Origin: Pseudovirgaria hyperparasitica
Taxonomy: Eukaryota
Reading direction: 5' to 3' (one strand)
DNA length: 64,000 nucleotides
NCBI GenBank assembly: GCA_010093815.1
Contig: ML996565.1
The translations under genes were made by a program, and so were the position numbers. The notes under the pieces were generated by a model. The model was given only the letters and a program-made list of their open reading frames with translations. It made no database searches and was not told the origin of the DNA. Below, piece by piece: positions 49,256 to 62,835 of the stretch; the first letter of the stretch is position 1; the number at the start of each line of letters is the position of its first letter.

Positions 49256-50665
49256 TCAATAGAAGGCCCTAACATAATCTCCTCCGATCTCTCTCTCATC
49301 CACATTCGCCAACTCATGGATCTTCTCAACACGAACCACATCCAACCCCTTCCCTAAAGCGCTCAGCGCATCGCTCCTAATAACACATGAAAACACCACA
49401 TCCCACCCCTGAACGCCTGACGCATAGAATGCTTCAGCGGCTGCACTCTCTCTGCTCCCGAAACTCAGTACCTTGAAGACCTTCTCTGTCGGACTCGGTC
49501 CTCGTGCGCTAAAGCCCGGGGCCGGATCCATGTATGATGAGAGCACGACAATGTATACGAGCGACGTGTTCTCCAATTTCTTGGCCACGGTGTGCGTACA
49601 AGTCGTGCATGCACCGCTGTAGTTGCGCGCCAAGTGGCCCATGCGGGTGACACAGGTGTACACGTCGTCGTCCAGTGGTGCAGTAAACACGTGACTAGCC
49701 CATACTCTTGGAATGCTGGCGTTCAGGGGCGAGATGGAGCGGCCCTCGACTTCGGTGCTCAGATACTCCGTCGCGCTGGCAAGCTCGCCACGTTTGCACA
49801 GGGACAGGATGTGTGACTCGTCGGACGCGGCCGGCCAGCGGTACCAGACTTCGGTTTCGGCAGCGCGCAGGAGTGACGAGTGTTTGGCGAAGTCGTAAGA
49901 TCCGGCGTGGTGGAAGGTGGTGTATATTCTCTTGTTGAATATGGTGCGCACGAGTTTGTCTTCGGGCTTGTTGTCGTCGGTGTAGACTACAGGAATGAGT
50001 TCTGAGTGGGAGGTGATGATCTCGGAGCCATTCAAGGGGTCTGTTGGGATTGGATGCATACCACCAACATGCTCAAATGGAACCATACCTGGAGGTAAGG
50101 ATGATCTAAGTGGCGCCCCCTGAGGTGGTGGCGGTGGAATGTAAGGGCTCTTACAAGGCCTCAGGTTCTTTGGTGGGAATGCGGGGGGATTGCGGTGCAC
50201 GAGTGGTGTAGGCGCCTGATTCGCAGATACAGGCATTGATGACTTGGGAGCTGTTCGTGCTAAATTGGCATTGGGGACAGGACCAGGTGCAGAGTGTGCC
50301 TTCGTGATTTTTGGTTCGTGGGACAGGGTTGCGGCAGGTTCCTGCGTCGTCTTAACAATGGTGGTGTTTGGTCTCATCGAGGTTTGCAGCGTCTCCTCGT
50401 CTTGCTTGTCCTTCGATGCAAGGGACACTATTGGCCGTGTGCTCTTGAAGGCAGTGTGAGGACTCTCCGTCGTAGCGCTTGCATGGGTGTCATTGAGCTC
50501 ATTATTACGTGGAGTTCCTGTATCGATCGAACCCTTAGTTTGAGGTGTGTATAAATACGCTGTGTCTATACCGTTCCGAGTCTTTCGTTCTGTGGAGAGC
50601 TGGCACCCATCGTCATAAGGCGTGTTGATTGCGTCGACGAATACCATATCTTCGTCGTTCCTCAT
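49256..50665 (-). CDS. Hypothetical protein (469 aa)
   Basis: Long stop-free ORF with a T/P-rich disordered N-half and a globular-looking C-half. No family recognised. Confidence 0.7.
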   Translation of the reverse strand: MRNDEDMVFVDAINTPYDDGCQLSTERKTRNGIDTAYLYTPQTKGSIDTGTPRNNELNDTHASATTESPHTAFKSTRPIVSLASKDKQDEETLQTSMRPNTTIVKTTQEPAATLSHEPKITKAHSAPGPVPNANLARTAPKSSMPVSANQAPTPLVHRNPPAFPPKNLRPCKSPYIPPPPPQGAPLRSSLPPGMVPFEHVGGMHPIPTDPLNGSEIITSHSELIPVVYTDDNKPEDKLVRTIFNKRIYTTFHHAGSYDFAKHSSLLRAAETEVWYRWPAASDESHILSLCKRGELASATEYLSTEVEGRSISPLNASIPRVWASHVFTAPLDDDVYTCVTRMGHLARNYSGACTTCTHTVAKKLENTSLVYIVVLSSYMDPAPGFSARGPSPTEKVFKVLSFGSRESAAAEAFYASGVQGWDVVFSCVIRSDALSALGKGLDVVRVEKIHELANVDEREIGGDYVRAFY

Positions 50666-53014
50666 TGTCAGTCGGGTTGATCGTTGAAAAGGAGTTGCTT
50701 GGATTGTAGAAGATTGATTTAGCTTTGGACTACTCTACATGTGTGATGATGAGCGATTCTTATACTTCATAGTTAAGTACTTATAACGTTGATATCGCTA
50801 TTTGACGCTGTGTTCGAGACGAGGAGTCAGATGAGGCTTCCAGTAGAGTCATGCCAGTCGTAGTTTTCATCATCATGACACAAAGACCAGGGCGTATACT
50901 TGGATGCCTAAATGCCAGTCACTTTTGGGAGCACAAGCGTCAGACTGAAGCTCCAGAGATTCCAAAGATTAGACTGCATATGAGATGACCCAGTTGCCGG
51001 ATATCCCATGATGAGATAAGCGCCCAGGTGCCGATGTATTGGTGCAACGATGCCTCACTTTAAAGCTCGATATCAAGCCAGTGCTTTATACAAGCGGGAA
51101 TGAAATCAGATAGAATCAGCTTAATGTCATGGTATAGATAGGGTCCATATTGTGAGGCAACGCTAAACCGGATTGATTGAATGTAATCCAGGGAGAAATA
51201 CTTCGAGACGACTCCCAGGTAGCGACAGCGAGGCTACGCATCTCATACTCAGTGCATATCAGCATTGATAGGTATGACCAGTAGCGATTGGTGGAAATTG
51301 AAGATCTTGAATTTTCGTTTCCAAGGCTACTGCATTACTGTTGTATTGTCAAACATTCGGTGTCGAAGTCACTGAGCAAGGGCTCGCCTGAACCTCACGC
51401 CTCATTATTCTACCACTCTGTATGGCATCGTTATGATTCTAGCGACTGCTCGCAATATAGGGATGGAGCATCCCGTACTTTCTGACCCCGAAGCACGCTG
51501 TACGTCCTCGGAAGCCAGCTCCTTGGTAACCAATTAGGGATAAATATTACACTTGGTATGTGCTGGCAAGGGAGCAACTCGGCTACGCCCTCAATACGGA
51601 GTTATTTGATGACAGCCAATGCTTCATACCTGGGAGGCCTAGACGCACCAGTCGGTGAGCTCCCTCTGCATGGCGGTAGACCGCTCAGGACAGACCGCTG
51701 TTTCTTAGCGCCCAGCCATAATTTTATGACGTGACGTGCACATGCGCAAGCTACCTCCAGTACCAGTATACGAAAGTTTGTATTGAAGTGTAGGAGAATC
51801 TATGTTTAAAGTCTATTCTCTAGACCTCATGTTCCATCCTTGATGATGGTGAGCTCTAATGTAGTAGTTCCTTAGTCACGAGTCTGGAGGTGCACCTAGA
51901 ATGTAGGGGAGGGTGATGTCCTGAAGGCTTTAGGATACAATTCGAAATAACCGCTAATCAGATAAAGTTACTAACTACGAAAGTGCCATTGTGACTTGCT
52001 GATCTATTTGACTTTAAGGTTGTGTTGACTATTCATCGCTTCGATTTGATGCAGATTGTCAGATTCGATGATAGAGTCCTCATGGAACCATGTTTCAAGA
52101 CTCAAGACCAATAAGAAGCAGCGGTCAAACACGCACTACGCTCTTGTCAAGAAGATTCGAAAATAATTTGCGAGAGGGAGGAGGGTGGATCACCAGGCTC
52201 ATGACCAAGAAGGGCACTTCTATAACCTCTGTGATAAAGAAAGGAGTCGTCATAATATGTATGTCTAGGGTTCGTGAGGCAGTAACACAGCCGACCCTTG
52301 CCATATAGTACGATCTTGTAGAGATCTGCCCAGCCTGATTCGCTATAGGGTTAGCTTAAGTTTGAGGCTTTCGTTTGCCTTACAGATCAGCACCCAATCA
52401 GCACAACTTCTATCTTAAACAGAACTTCCTTTTTTAGACCCTCATGCTCTTTGCACGCTTATTGAGCACGTCTGGAAATATATGTGGACTGCCTGTGAAC
52501 TGGTGGTGTCAAACGAAGAGTGTTACTGGGTTCAACTTGAGTGAAAGCAATACTTGTCTGAAATCACCAGTAAAGTTTGCAGGGAGTACAATAAGGCTCG
52601 TATGAAATGAAGCTATGGTATTTGCCAGTCAAGTAGTGCTAGTCTCTGCATGTCTACCTGGAAGGTGTAACTGGTGGTTTTGCTGTCCTTCCATATGTTT
52701 TATCATAGTTGCAGGGCCAAAAACAAGCAATCGTATCAAAAGGTCGAACCTTGGTTTGAAAATAGATTATTCACGTGAGTTTGAAACAATGATGAAGCAA
52801 CGATGGTTGTATGAATAAAGTTATATATAATGACGGAGGTAGAAACTTTATCAGCAGGTAACGATGTGCCGGAGTTTCTCCGCAATCTCAGTAGCGCTAT
52901 AGCACCTATGTATACCATACTACATACCGTATCGGTGTGGGCTTCTGAATCGGACTCGTCTATTCTTTGTCCCTCTCTGTTGTAAGCATAAGCACATGAA
53001 CACTTAGACTCATC

Positions 53015-53555
53015 ATGGCGACCGCCACGCAGTATAAAGATCGACAATTCCTCGCAGTCATCGGCGACGAGGCACGCAAGCTCACAAGCTCACTACACAT
53101 TTGAAGACGCTAACACTGTCCTCAGGACTCAGTCACCGGCCTCCTCCTCGCAGGCGTGGGAGTAAGCCTTACAACGATCTCCGTACCCTTTCAAAGCTAA
53201 TCTCTCCGCCTCCCAGCACGTTACAGCCCCGCCAGACGCGCAGAAGAACTTCTTAGTCGTAGACGACAAGACGGACACGTCGACGATCGAGCAGACATTC
53301 GTACGCTTCACAGAAGAGAGGAAAGATATTGCGATCTTACTGATCAACCAACACGTATGTTCACATTGTATGACGTAAAAGAGGACGTCACAGCATTGTT
53401 GACGAGATTTATAGATCGCAGATAGAATAAGACATCGGGTCGATATGTATACGGCTGCGTTCCCGTCACTACTGGAGATTCCCGCGAAGGACCATCCTTA
53501 TGATCCGGAGAAGGACAGTGTATTGAAAAGAGTGAGGAGGCTGTTTGGGGAGTAG
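53015..53555 (+). CDS. VMA7: V-type ATPase subunit F, 4 exons
   Basis: Spliced product [77 protein letters not shown]. Introns 53072-53125 (GC-AG), 53162-53216 and 53355-53414. Missing from the ORF track. Confidence 0.96.
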
Positions 53556-53877
53556 GTAGACTGAAGGACAATGGCCTGTAGCTTGTCGGATACGCTTTAT
53601 GTTACGACTAGAAGATTGGGGAATGATACCTGCACTAAATCAACATCACGTCTTCACGTTGGCAGTTTTTGTTACGCGCTTGGTCTCTGCGACCTGTAAT
53701 TGTACGCCTTTTATGACTATATACCCCTGTAACGACATAGAGCATCGAAGTATAAGGCGTATCACTATGACCAACGCCGGGAATGTAACTTCAAGCACGC
53801 ATAACTTATGAAGACGATGACCATAGTACGTTCTGTCCCGATTATATCCTATGCACCCTAGCCGCAAACATTCCTCA

Positions 53878-54548
53878 TCAAGGAAACTGCACATGCGCAG
53901 TCAAGCAAGTAATTGTCTCCTTGTCCTCATTGAAAACGTCGGCTAGAACGGTGTATTTGCCCTATTATAATGCGTTAGGACTTGCTTCATAAGATCGGAT
54001 ACCGGGTCATGACGTACTGGAGGAATCTGCTTGGGAAGATCAACATCACGACTAAATGTTAATTCGCCTTTCTCAAGAGGACACTCCTTATCCACTTTCT
54101 CCAGGTTATCACAGAGATCTGCTTCCTGGTTGATCAGGGTGATGAGCCCGTACTTGACTTGCAGATGAACCTTTGCACCCGCCTCTATCTTCTCTTTCAC
54201 GGTACCATTTGCTTTGATGGACAGAGTTTGGCCACTAGAATAATCAGGAGTTAGCACCATCGCCTGAAGAAGCTTGAAGGCGAAAGCGTCGATAGTCGCT
54301 AGAACGGAGATACGTCGACATCCCATGACTAAGGGTTGAACTTACGGTTTTGGTGGGTTTGGGCTCAAATCAACTTTGTCAATCTCCAGTTTGTAGTCCT
54401 TGGGGTCGGCGCAAAACTCGAGCGGGTTTTCGCCTGGTACGCTGAGCTCTTCGTTGATCACGACCTGTCCGCCGAAGCTACCAAAGTCGAGCGCCTGGAC
54501 AGATGTGACTGTTAGGGCGAGGCCTAAGAGGGCGGAAGTAATTTGCAT
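53878..54548 (-). CDS. NPC2: ML-domain PG/PI (sterol) transfer protein, 3 exons
   Basis: Signal peptide, [60 protein letters not shown]. Confidence 0.93.
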
Positions 54549-55104
54549 GGTGGAGTGAAAGGTTTGGAGGGTTTACAGCTATATATCAGGTAGGCTAGGT
54601 GTGAGAAGTTGGGAGCTGTCGAGGTAGATGGAAGAGAGCTTGAGGTTGAGATGCTTGTTGGGTCTCGTGAGTCGTGGTTGGCGGGGACGCTGGCGCTAGT
54701 CAATCAATGCAGCATCCGCTGTGCGCCACGTGCATTAATCGATCCAGAGATGACGTATAATTACTGCCGATGACTACTAGTCTTGATTAGTAGTATAACA
54801 ATTGTGAATGGGAAATATCATGCTGGTCTTCATTCCGTAGTCTTACGGACATGTTCAACGCTCTTCGTATTGAGGGCTAAATCAATCCTAACAGTGCCTT
54901 TGTTGTTAAAGTTTGATGAACATATGCAATCGCTTACGACACACAGCCTGTGTTCTATTACAGGAATATTTCCTACCCAACAGAGGTGCCATTATACGAC
55001 TCGCTTTTGCTTGCTCGCTCGCTCATGCCAATATGCATACTTTCAAAGACCTCTTATAAGCCATGACGCCGCCCATGCTCGCTAAGTACAATTACATATG
55101 TTTC

Positions 55105-58100
55105 TTATCTCAACCACGACTCCACCTGCTCTCGTAAGGCAACCAGACGATCCAGAACTTGAGCATCGGCATCATTATTTCGGCTGAAAACTCCTGAGCT
55201 CACAACGGCCCTCAGGATGTCTGCTACACTTGCTGCCCGTTCGTCATCACCAAAGAGTTCTACATCTCCAATTGATGTCTCTTGATACCAGTAGTCGATG
55301 ACATGGAGAAGTCCAAGGCCGGCCAGTCTGCGAAATTCGGGCGCGCTCCAACCTGGTTCGTCACCCGAGAAGAGCCACTCCAATACTGTAACAACGCGCT
55401 CTGCCGAAATTTCAAGGTAGAGGAAAAGTTGGAACATCCATGTAGGTGGGGCGGGGATGGCCTTATCCACATGATACTTCATAAATAGGGGCAAAAGAAA
55501 TGCTAGCAAAGATTCATTACGTTAGATATGTGCGGTCCAATGGGTCAAGGTCAACTGCAACGACTTACGGACTGAAAATACGGCTTCCGAAGTACGTAAC
55601 TTGCGGCCGATTGCTCGGATTGCTGAAGGAAATAGCTCCCATTTCTTCTGTTCCTCGACGTCTCTATCCAATTGAGCGACGTAACGGTGCCAGGTTTGTT
55701 CGATGTCTTGCGCGACCCTATAGTCGGCTGATGCGTAAATGAGCAAGCATATATCCCAATAACCTGCCGGATCCGCGATTCCGTTGAAGAGTTCGTTGAT
55801 ACTTTTGACCTGGCCATCGAGATCTTTGAGTGTGCTCTCTTTATTCTCTGGGGTGTATCGAATGTCTGCTTGTAGTCTTTCAACGAGCTCTGCCTGGATA
55901 TCAGCCAGATCTAGCAGCTCAGAAGCTTCTCGCAAGAGCTCCTGGCGGGAGTTGCGCGAGGTGCGCATTTCTGCAATCCCAGGTAGGCGAGTCGAAGCAT
56001 TGGCCTTGGCTTTACTGAGATACTCGACCCTCTGTTGGAGATTCAAAGTGAAGTCACTCTTTGCGAGCATGACTTGAACTTCTGCAGCCTTGAAGAATTC
56101 ATGGTGACGAGCGAAATATCTCCATAGCAGATCAGCGTGATGCGCACTCCCTTGACTTTTACGCTTAAGATACGTCGCTACAAAAGGTGATGTGTCATCA
56201 AGCAGATTCTGTATCTTCCCAGTTTCAAGATACCAATCGAACAAATAATTTTGAAACACTTCATCATCAGATCTGCTGATCTCGTCGTGTGCCTCATTGT
56301 AGCGTCTACCCATGGCAGAGATCTGACCATCAACGGCAATTGGATTGGCTACCACCGCAGTATCAACTGCGATAATCACAGACTTGATGAGTTCGTAACA
56401 CCTTGTTCGTGTATCATACTGTGCTTTTCTTGGGTCTTGTGATGGCTGCCCATCCCGTAACCAACTCAATGCTTTTTTCCCCGGATCTCTAGTTGAGGCG
56501 ACTTCAAGAGAAAGATGGATAGCTCCTAAGCCACTTTAGTAAACACTCCATAAGCTAATCTAACCAACTTACCGGCATAGAAGCCTAGCTCTGTATACTG
56601 GCGAACAGCCCATATTAGATGCTCCATTGACAAGCTAGCTGAGACTTTACCAAAGAGTTTGAGGCTGTCGTTGAGCAATGCTCGTGCCTTATCCGTGGTT
56701 GGGCCAGCCTCAGATGCCTTCTTCAGCTGTTCTTGCGCCTTGAAAATCACAACATCGTCTGCGCTGCAGAAGCTGCCACATCTTCTCCGAAGTGCCTCTG
56801 CGACAGTGTCAACGTTCGATCCTTTCTCGATATTGCGATTCACGATGGCCTTCACAAGCTCCTTCGCAAGCTCGCGTCCTTCGCTTTTGCAGAACAACGT
56901 TTCGAACGTCAATTCACGAACTTTTTGGCGGGATGCATCTGACAACTTAATGAGAATCTCGTCAACTTTCTCGTCAAACAACATTTGCACGAAGGCCATG
57001 CCCTCGATGATGTTTGCAATGAGCACCACCAGAGAATTCAGTGCTCTGTGTTCTCCTTGCAGTGCGAGCTCTTCGGATTTCGAATTAATTCGACTGAGCG
57101 CTTCAGGTCCGGCTAAGCCATCAATGAATGACTTGTTGGAGTCTAGAAACTCTTTAAGCGCTATCAAATCTCGTTGTACATCCTGAGTCTTGGTCAATGG
57201 AACTGCAGGCTCAACTTGAATGCCACGAGTTGTAATTATCTCCTGGATGATAGTAGATTTCCAGATCGATCTTACGACCCGAGCAATGTAGATTGCTAGG
57301 CCACCATGACGAGATGATGGTCGAACGTTGTCAATCGTAGGGGCAGCCTGGTCGATACTAGTCTCGTTGATGACGGCTTTTCCGCCGAGATCAATGAAGG
57401 CTTTTCGTGCTTGCTCGAGCACTTCAGTATCGGAGACTTTTGCGACTCTCAAATCAGATGTGACCTCTGTTCCTTGACCACAGGCCACGGCCAGTGCAGT
57501 CGCACTGGTTTCATCACGGCCATAAAGTCTCGCAAACTTCTTCAGCTCGCCACTCACTCCTTCCTCTGGTGTGCCACCGTATCTGATGATGGCGGCAAAG
57601 ACATCGACCAGACGCCTCCTACGTATTATTTGCACGCCGGTGTTTGTAAGAATCGCGAGTTCACAGACCGGTTTATCAAATTGGATCGCTAGTTCGTTAC
57701 CGTAGCCTTGTGGCGTTGAGGTTGCAGTCGCCGCTGGCACGAGCATCCCAACGTCTGACACGAAACTCCCTAGCTCAACAGTCTGTGCGTTTTCGATAAA
57801 CTTGGACGCTTGCATCTGATCTGTTAACGCTGCTAAGCGACCTGTGTCTGGAGCTGACGCAAGAAGGACGTCAATATCTGGCATGTTTGGTCGCCTGAAG
57901 AAGCAGAGAAAATAGCCAGAACCAAAACGATAGGTAAGCCGAGCAGAAGGGACAGTGGGAGGAGGAGCTTTGATATGGTGTGGTTGCATACTGGTCGGAG
58001 CAGAGCTTTGATTTGAAGAGCCCCAGATACCGCCTGATGTCGCACTGAGAAAGACTCTGTGGCCAGTGGACATTGTTGCGATGAGGCTGAGTCGCGGAGA

Positions 58101-59260
58101 TTCCGTCGAAGGAATAGGACAAATGGATGCGACTTCAGTCCCAGGCTGGAGCAGTTCCGTTGTGTTTTGTATATGGCTTATGCTTGTCTTCAATTTCGAG
58201 ATGGATAGCGTCAAGGAGAGGTCGAGAATACCATTCTCCTTCAGTTGAAAAATGCGAATAGTTGAGGTAGACGAAAGGGTATAGAGAAGGTTCCGCGAAT
58301 CGTCAACCATCATCTCCCGAACATGTTCGCGAGACGAAGGTTTTCCAAAGCTCAAGTTGATTGACGGGAGTACTGTGGAAAATGGTTTCGTAACGTGGTT
58401 AATCTTCCCACACCGATTGCTGAACCATTTCTCCTCCTGCTGATACGTGAGTTCATGGACGTCATCCGATTCTGCACCGGCAAAGAATATTCGTCCCGTC
58501 CTGTCTGAGCCTGCAATGATATTGTTCTGCCCTGCTTTGACTGGCACTTTCATGTTTGTCTGATACAGCGTGATCCCCTGTACACCCATTGGACCGCGTT
58601 CGAATGAGACACCTATCAGGATGATATCTGCACTCGTCGCCACTACTAGAACGTACTCAATGGTTTTGACAAAAACACCAGGACGAGGCTTGAGGAGTTT
58701 GACGGCGTTTATGGCATGCGGTTGATCCTCGAACCCAACCAGATCAGGATTTGGATGTGTAAAGTCCCAGAGATAAAGCGCGTTGTCAATGGCTATCCAT
58801 GCATGATTCAGCTCCGCAAACAAACCCATCATCAACGCCGTTTGCGCCAAATTGTACTGGTCGAGTATCCGATCGGGGATCTCATAGTTCTTGATCTTTT
58901 GATAAGGGTTCCAAGCTGGGTTGTTGGAGTCCTCATAATCATGCGAAATACCCTCTGTCACATTTTAGTTCTCTATCTCCCACTACTGGAATACGACATA
59001 CGTGCAATATACCTTTCCAACTCAGGATATCTTCTGTCTCGGTCTAGATAGTCGTTCACCGTCTTCGATGCTCTTTCAATCGGTGTCAACTGTGAATTTG
59101 ATGAAGTAGTGAGCTGCTGGGAGATTTGCGTTGTGGAAACCGGTTGTGATATCAGCTGATTTCGCGTGCTCTGCGTTGCTGGCCTCGATGGAGCTGGAGT
59201 TTGCGCAAAGTTGCCAGGCATCGGGCGCTGCGGTGTCGCAGGAGGTGCAACAGCCGCCAT
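55105..59260 (-). CDS. NUP170: Nucleoporin Nup170/Nup155, 4 exons
   Basis: MMGLFAELNHAWIAIDNALYLWD, ELTYQQEEKWF..CGKINH, YGRDETSATALAVAC, LRRRCGSFCSADDV, DDEVFQNYLFDWY, LQQRVEYLSKA. ATG at 59260. Confidence 0.95.
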
Positions 59261-59721
59261 GATAGCTAAGAATGGCGCATGTAAATGTGACACGGTACGG
59301 CAAGGAGCGTATTTTCGTATCGTATAGGTTTGCGCCGGGTCTGGAGAGATGTAGACGTCGGGCTTGTAGGATTGCGCGAAGCTCTGTTGCTCGCGCGAGT
59401 CTACGCGTATTGTACTGAACTTGAAGCTACTAGTAGTGGGAAAAGATTTGCTGACTAACGGCTTTGAGGACGGCTGTACTAAGGCCCAGCTTGGAGAGCT
59501 CCTCAATGGAACAAGCATCAGGCACGAATTCAAATAACAATTGACATCAAACAGCAGCCTGTAAGCTCTGTCACATTAAACGCAAAGCTGGGGCCGTCAA
59601 TTATACCTCACTTCAAATCATCACCTAATTAATAAACTTACGTATATACTGGCGTCCCATCAGTAGATACATGCAGTGAGTATGTATGTAGGTAAGGAAG
59701 GTATTCTAACATTTCACTGAC

Positions 59722-60315
59722 ATGATCACCTCAAGCCCGCTCATACCTATGGCCACTCGACGTATCTACCTTCTTACCAGACCACATATACATACTGGTC
59801 AATCATCAATATGTCTATCACCTCGCACCCAAATCGCCGTCCAGTCTCGTCATAACAGTACAATATCATCTCCCGTCCTCTCCCGCCTTCGACCAGACCT
59901 CAAGAAAGCAATGCAAAATAAGGACAAGACGCGTCTCAATGTTCTACGAGGTATCTTGGCTTCAGTGAATGATGCTTCGAAGATTGGGAAGCCTGTAGAG
60001 AATGACGCAGCACTACTTGCCCTTTTCAAGCAGGAGATCAAGATGGTGACCAGTGCGAAAGCTGAAGCCCTTCAAGCAGGACGAACGGATTTGGTGGAAA
60101 AACAAGATGAGACAATCAGTGTGCTGAAAGAGTACTCTGGCATGGTCAGCCTTGTCAGTGAGGATGAGATTCGCGCGGTTGTGACAGAGGTAGTGCAAGA
60201 GCTAGGGAAAGGCGCACATGTGGGCTCGATGATAGGTAAGGCAAAGGAAAAGCTGAGCGGAAGAGCGGTGGAAATGAGTGATGTCGCAAAAGCAATTAAA
60301 GCAGTTATTTCATGA
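59722..60315 (+). CDS. AIM41: Mitochondrial YqeY/GatB-C domain protein (Aim41-like)
   Basis: Arg/Ser-rich presequence-like N-terminus (start may be 59749), DLKKAMQNKDKTRLNVLR, AGRTDLVEK..VLKEY. Confidence 0.85.
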   Translation: MITSSPLIPMATRRIYLLTRPHIHTGQSSICLSPRTQIAVQSRHNSTISSPVLSRLRPDLKKAMQNKDKTRLNVLRGILASVNDASKIGKPVENDAALLALFKQEIKMVTSAKAEALQAGRTDLVEKQDETISVLKEYSGMVSLVSEDEIRAVVTEVVQELGKGAHVGSMIGKAKEKLSGRAVEMSDVAKAIKAVIS

Positions 60316-60496
60316 ACACCTACCAGATAAAAGAACATAAGTGTTCTTTAAACTCCAGCGGCCAGGATAGCATAGCTGCCATATGGACTTTCATGATTTC
60401 ACACACCTAATAGGAGGAAATGCTTCAGACTCAAATTGGTAGCTCAAGCTCCTGTTGCTCTCCTTAGAGGGAAGGTTTGGCCGCCTGCATGGTTGC

Positions 60497-61462
60497 CTAT
60501 TGCTTCCCAGTAACCTCAAAGATACTGCGTCCTGCACCTATCTCAAATATTCAAGATGTGTTTCGCCTGCCAGCCGTAACCTGTGGCACACTTGTAGCGA
60601 TACCAAATCACCCCTCGCTATTGAGGCTTGGATATCGGACCATATCCAAGCCCGACAAATCAAGTATACGTTTAGGATAGCTCTCCTGGTACATGTCAAG
60701 CGTAGTGGTTCGATCGCCTGGGATTTCATACCACTTGGAGTTAATGACGAAGTGAATGTTCTTCATCTCCACGAATAAGTTACATGGATAGGTGAAGATC
60801 GTGTACGGCTCTCCGGGGGGAGAGAGTGCAAATCTCCCATCCTTGAAGTGCCATTTTCGGTCCGGTCAAACTCTCCAGTCGGTCACTCTAGGATCAAGGT
60901 TCTGCTCAGGATCAAGGAGTTGGAGTCCTACACCAGCACTCTCTTCTGCCCAATATCCAACATTTAGATCCCCGATTCACAGATAGTCTGTCTGCCAGAC
61001 GAAACTGCAGGTATCTTCCCAATTTCCCGTTTTCCAATCGTCAGGAAGCTCGAGATGGGCCACTGAGTGAAATTTGGGCATGATTATGATATAGCCGTTG
61101 ATGAAGTGGAGGTCCTTGAGCATTTTGCCTGCCTTCGACGGAGACCCACCGACCATGAAGATATCTCGGATAGGCTCAACCATCTTCTTGATTCAAACCG
61201 GAGCTAGGATGTTCCTTGCCTGCGTGGCGTTCCAAGTCGGTTCGTCCTTCTTGCCGGGCTGATCCATCCGTTTCGAACAGAAGTCACACACTCGATCGAT
61301 TGTTTCGTGTAGAGATTCGTCGCTCAGGACTCTTGTATCTTCGCCATCCACCTTCCCGATGATTGCGCTATTCTGAACGGTTTTGTGGACAGGCTTCAGA
61401 GTAGCTGTAGTCAGACTGAGGCAGCTTAAAGCTACGATGGTATGTATGATGTTTCCCCACAT
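60497..61462 (-). pseudogene. Secreted-protein gene interrupted by five in-frame TGA codons
   Basis: Signal peptide MWGNIIHTIVALSCLSLTTA. The same frame continues through TGA at 61193, 60977, 60866, 60608 and 60551 to the first other stop, TAG at 60497. Confidence 0.5.
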
Positions 61463-62835
61463 TGCGACGGTGAAGAAGTGAGAGGCGAGATTTGTAAAGG
61501 TGACCAGAGACAAGCTCCTTAATACAGAGTATTCTAGGTCACTTGATATGAATCTCGCCTCAATATAAGCCTGTTTTCATTATGTTTATTTACCTGTCCG
61601 GACTTAGCGGAACCCAATGTGGTATCAGCCCATCTGTGTAATCAGTCGGTTCAGTTAATGTACTATCCTACCTTTGAAGGCTGCTCACGCAATCGCTGTA
61701 TCAGTTTCCAAGCTCAGGAACCACCATCTTACAATGCACCAGCGCTGATGCATAACAAGATAACGACACATTATATAGAATTCGATGTTTTCAATGGGTA
61801 CCCAGGTAGGTAGTACTGGCGCTAGCCGGGGGATGCTGTCGAGTCTGGAAATGCTATTGTACCTAGGTGAACGTCTACACAGGATTACTCGTGAGTGAGA
61901 AGAAGACTATACATTCCAACATAGCAGTAGACGTCGTGCGTCCAAGCTATCGTGGGCTTGTAACTGGAAATACCGTAGCATCAAGCCACATGCAAGGTCC
62001 ACAAGTCATGATTGCAGCAGATGAAGACTAATGGTGATGATGCAGCTGCAGCTAGCGGGCGTCGCATGAACTACAATAACGTTAGACAACGTGCTTTATA
62101 GTGCTGTTCAGAGATTCGAAAGTGCTCTTAGAAAATTAATGATGAGTGAGCTGGATATTAACGAAGGACCAAAGTGATGGGCGCCACAGACGTCATCTTG
62201 GCGATAATACCACGAAAGCCTTCACGGCGCGCCGAATGATACTCTGATACGCTGCAGGACAGGATATCCTTGACAGGAAACCCAACTATCACAGCATACG
62301 AAACCTGCACTGCACACTCCGTTGCCCAACTTCCTTGGTTCTGTACGCTGCAGCCCATGGTGCTTAAATCTGTGTTTGTCCGCACTACATATTCTCCTGG
62401 GGCCCGCTCGCTCGATAGCTTATCGCCCTCCATCCATCAATGATCAATCCATTCCCTCCACACCTTCCCGTGCCGCTTCATCCTTCGGCATTCCCCCATC
62501 CCTCTCAGGGACACTGTCGATCTCTAGGGAACTGAATAGACTTTCGCTGCTGCTATCGCTGCCGCTCTTCGCGCTCGATTCCCTCACCTTGATCGATTAT
62601 CGGCGTCCGAACGCAGGTGTGAGGCTATAGTGACGACGCTCAAATCTCGAGCCCCTCTTTCGTAACCTGGTTCATTGGATCACCCGCTTGGGCTCACCCA
62701 AAAAGCTCTCTCAACCGCCCACCAGCCTTATATACTCTCCTTCCTCAACACTTCTTCCCGATCTGCGTTCAGGAATATCAACCTGTCCAGCATCCCTATT
62801 AACATATAACATTCGTACCAACTGTCCGCGTGAAG

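Noticed and set aside
60497..61462. Selenoprotein explanation for the in-frame TGA codons
   Set aside because: Sec machinery is not known in Dikarya, the TGA contexts show no redox motifs, and no SECIS was recognised.
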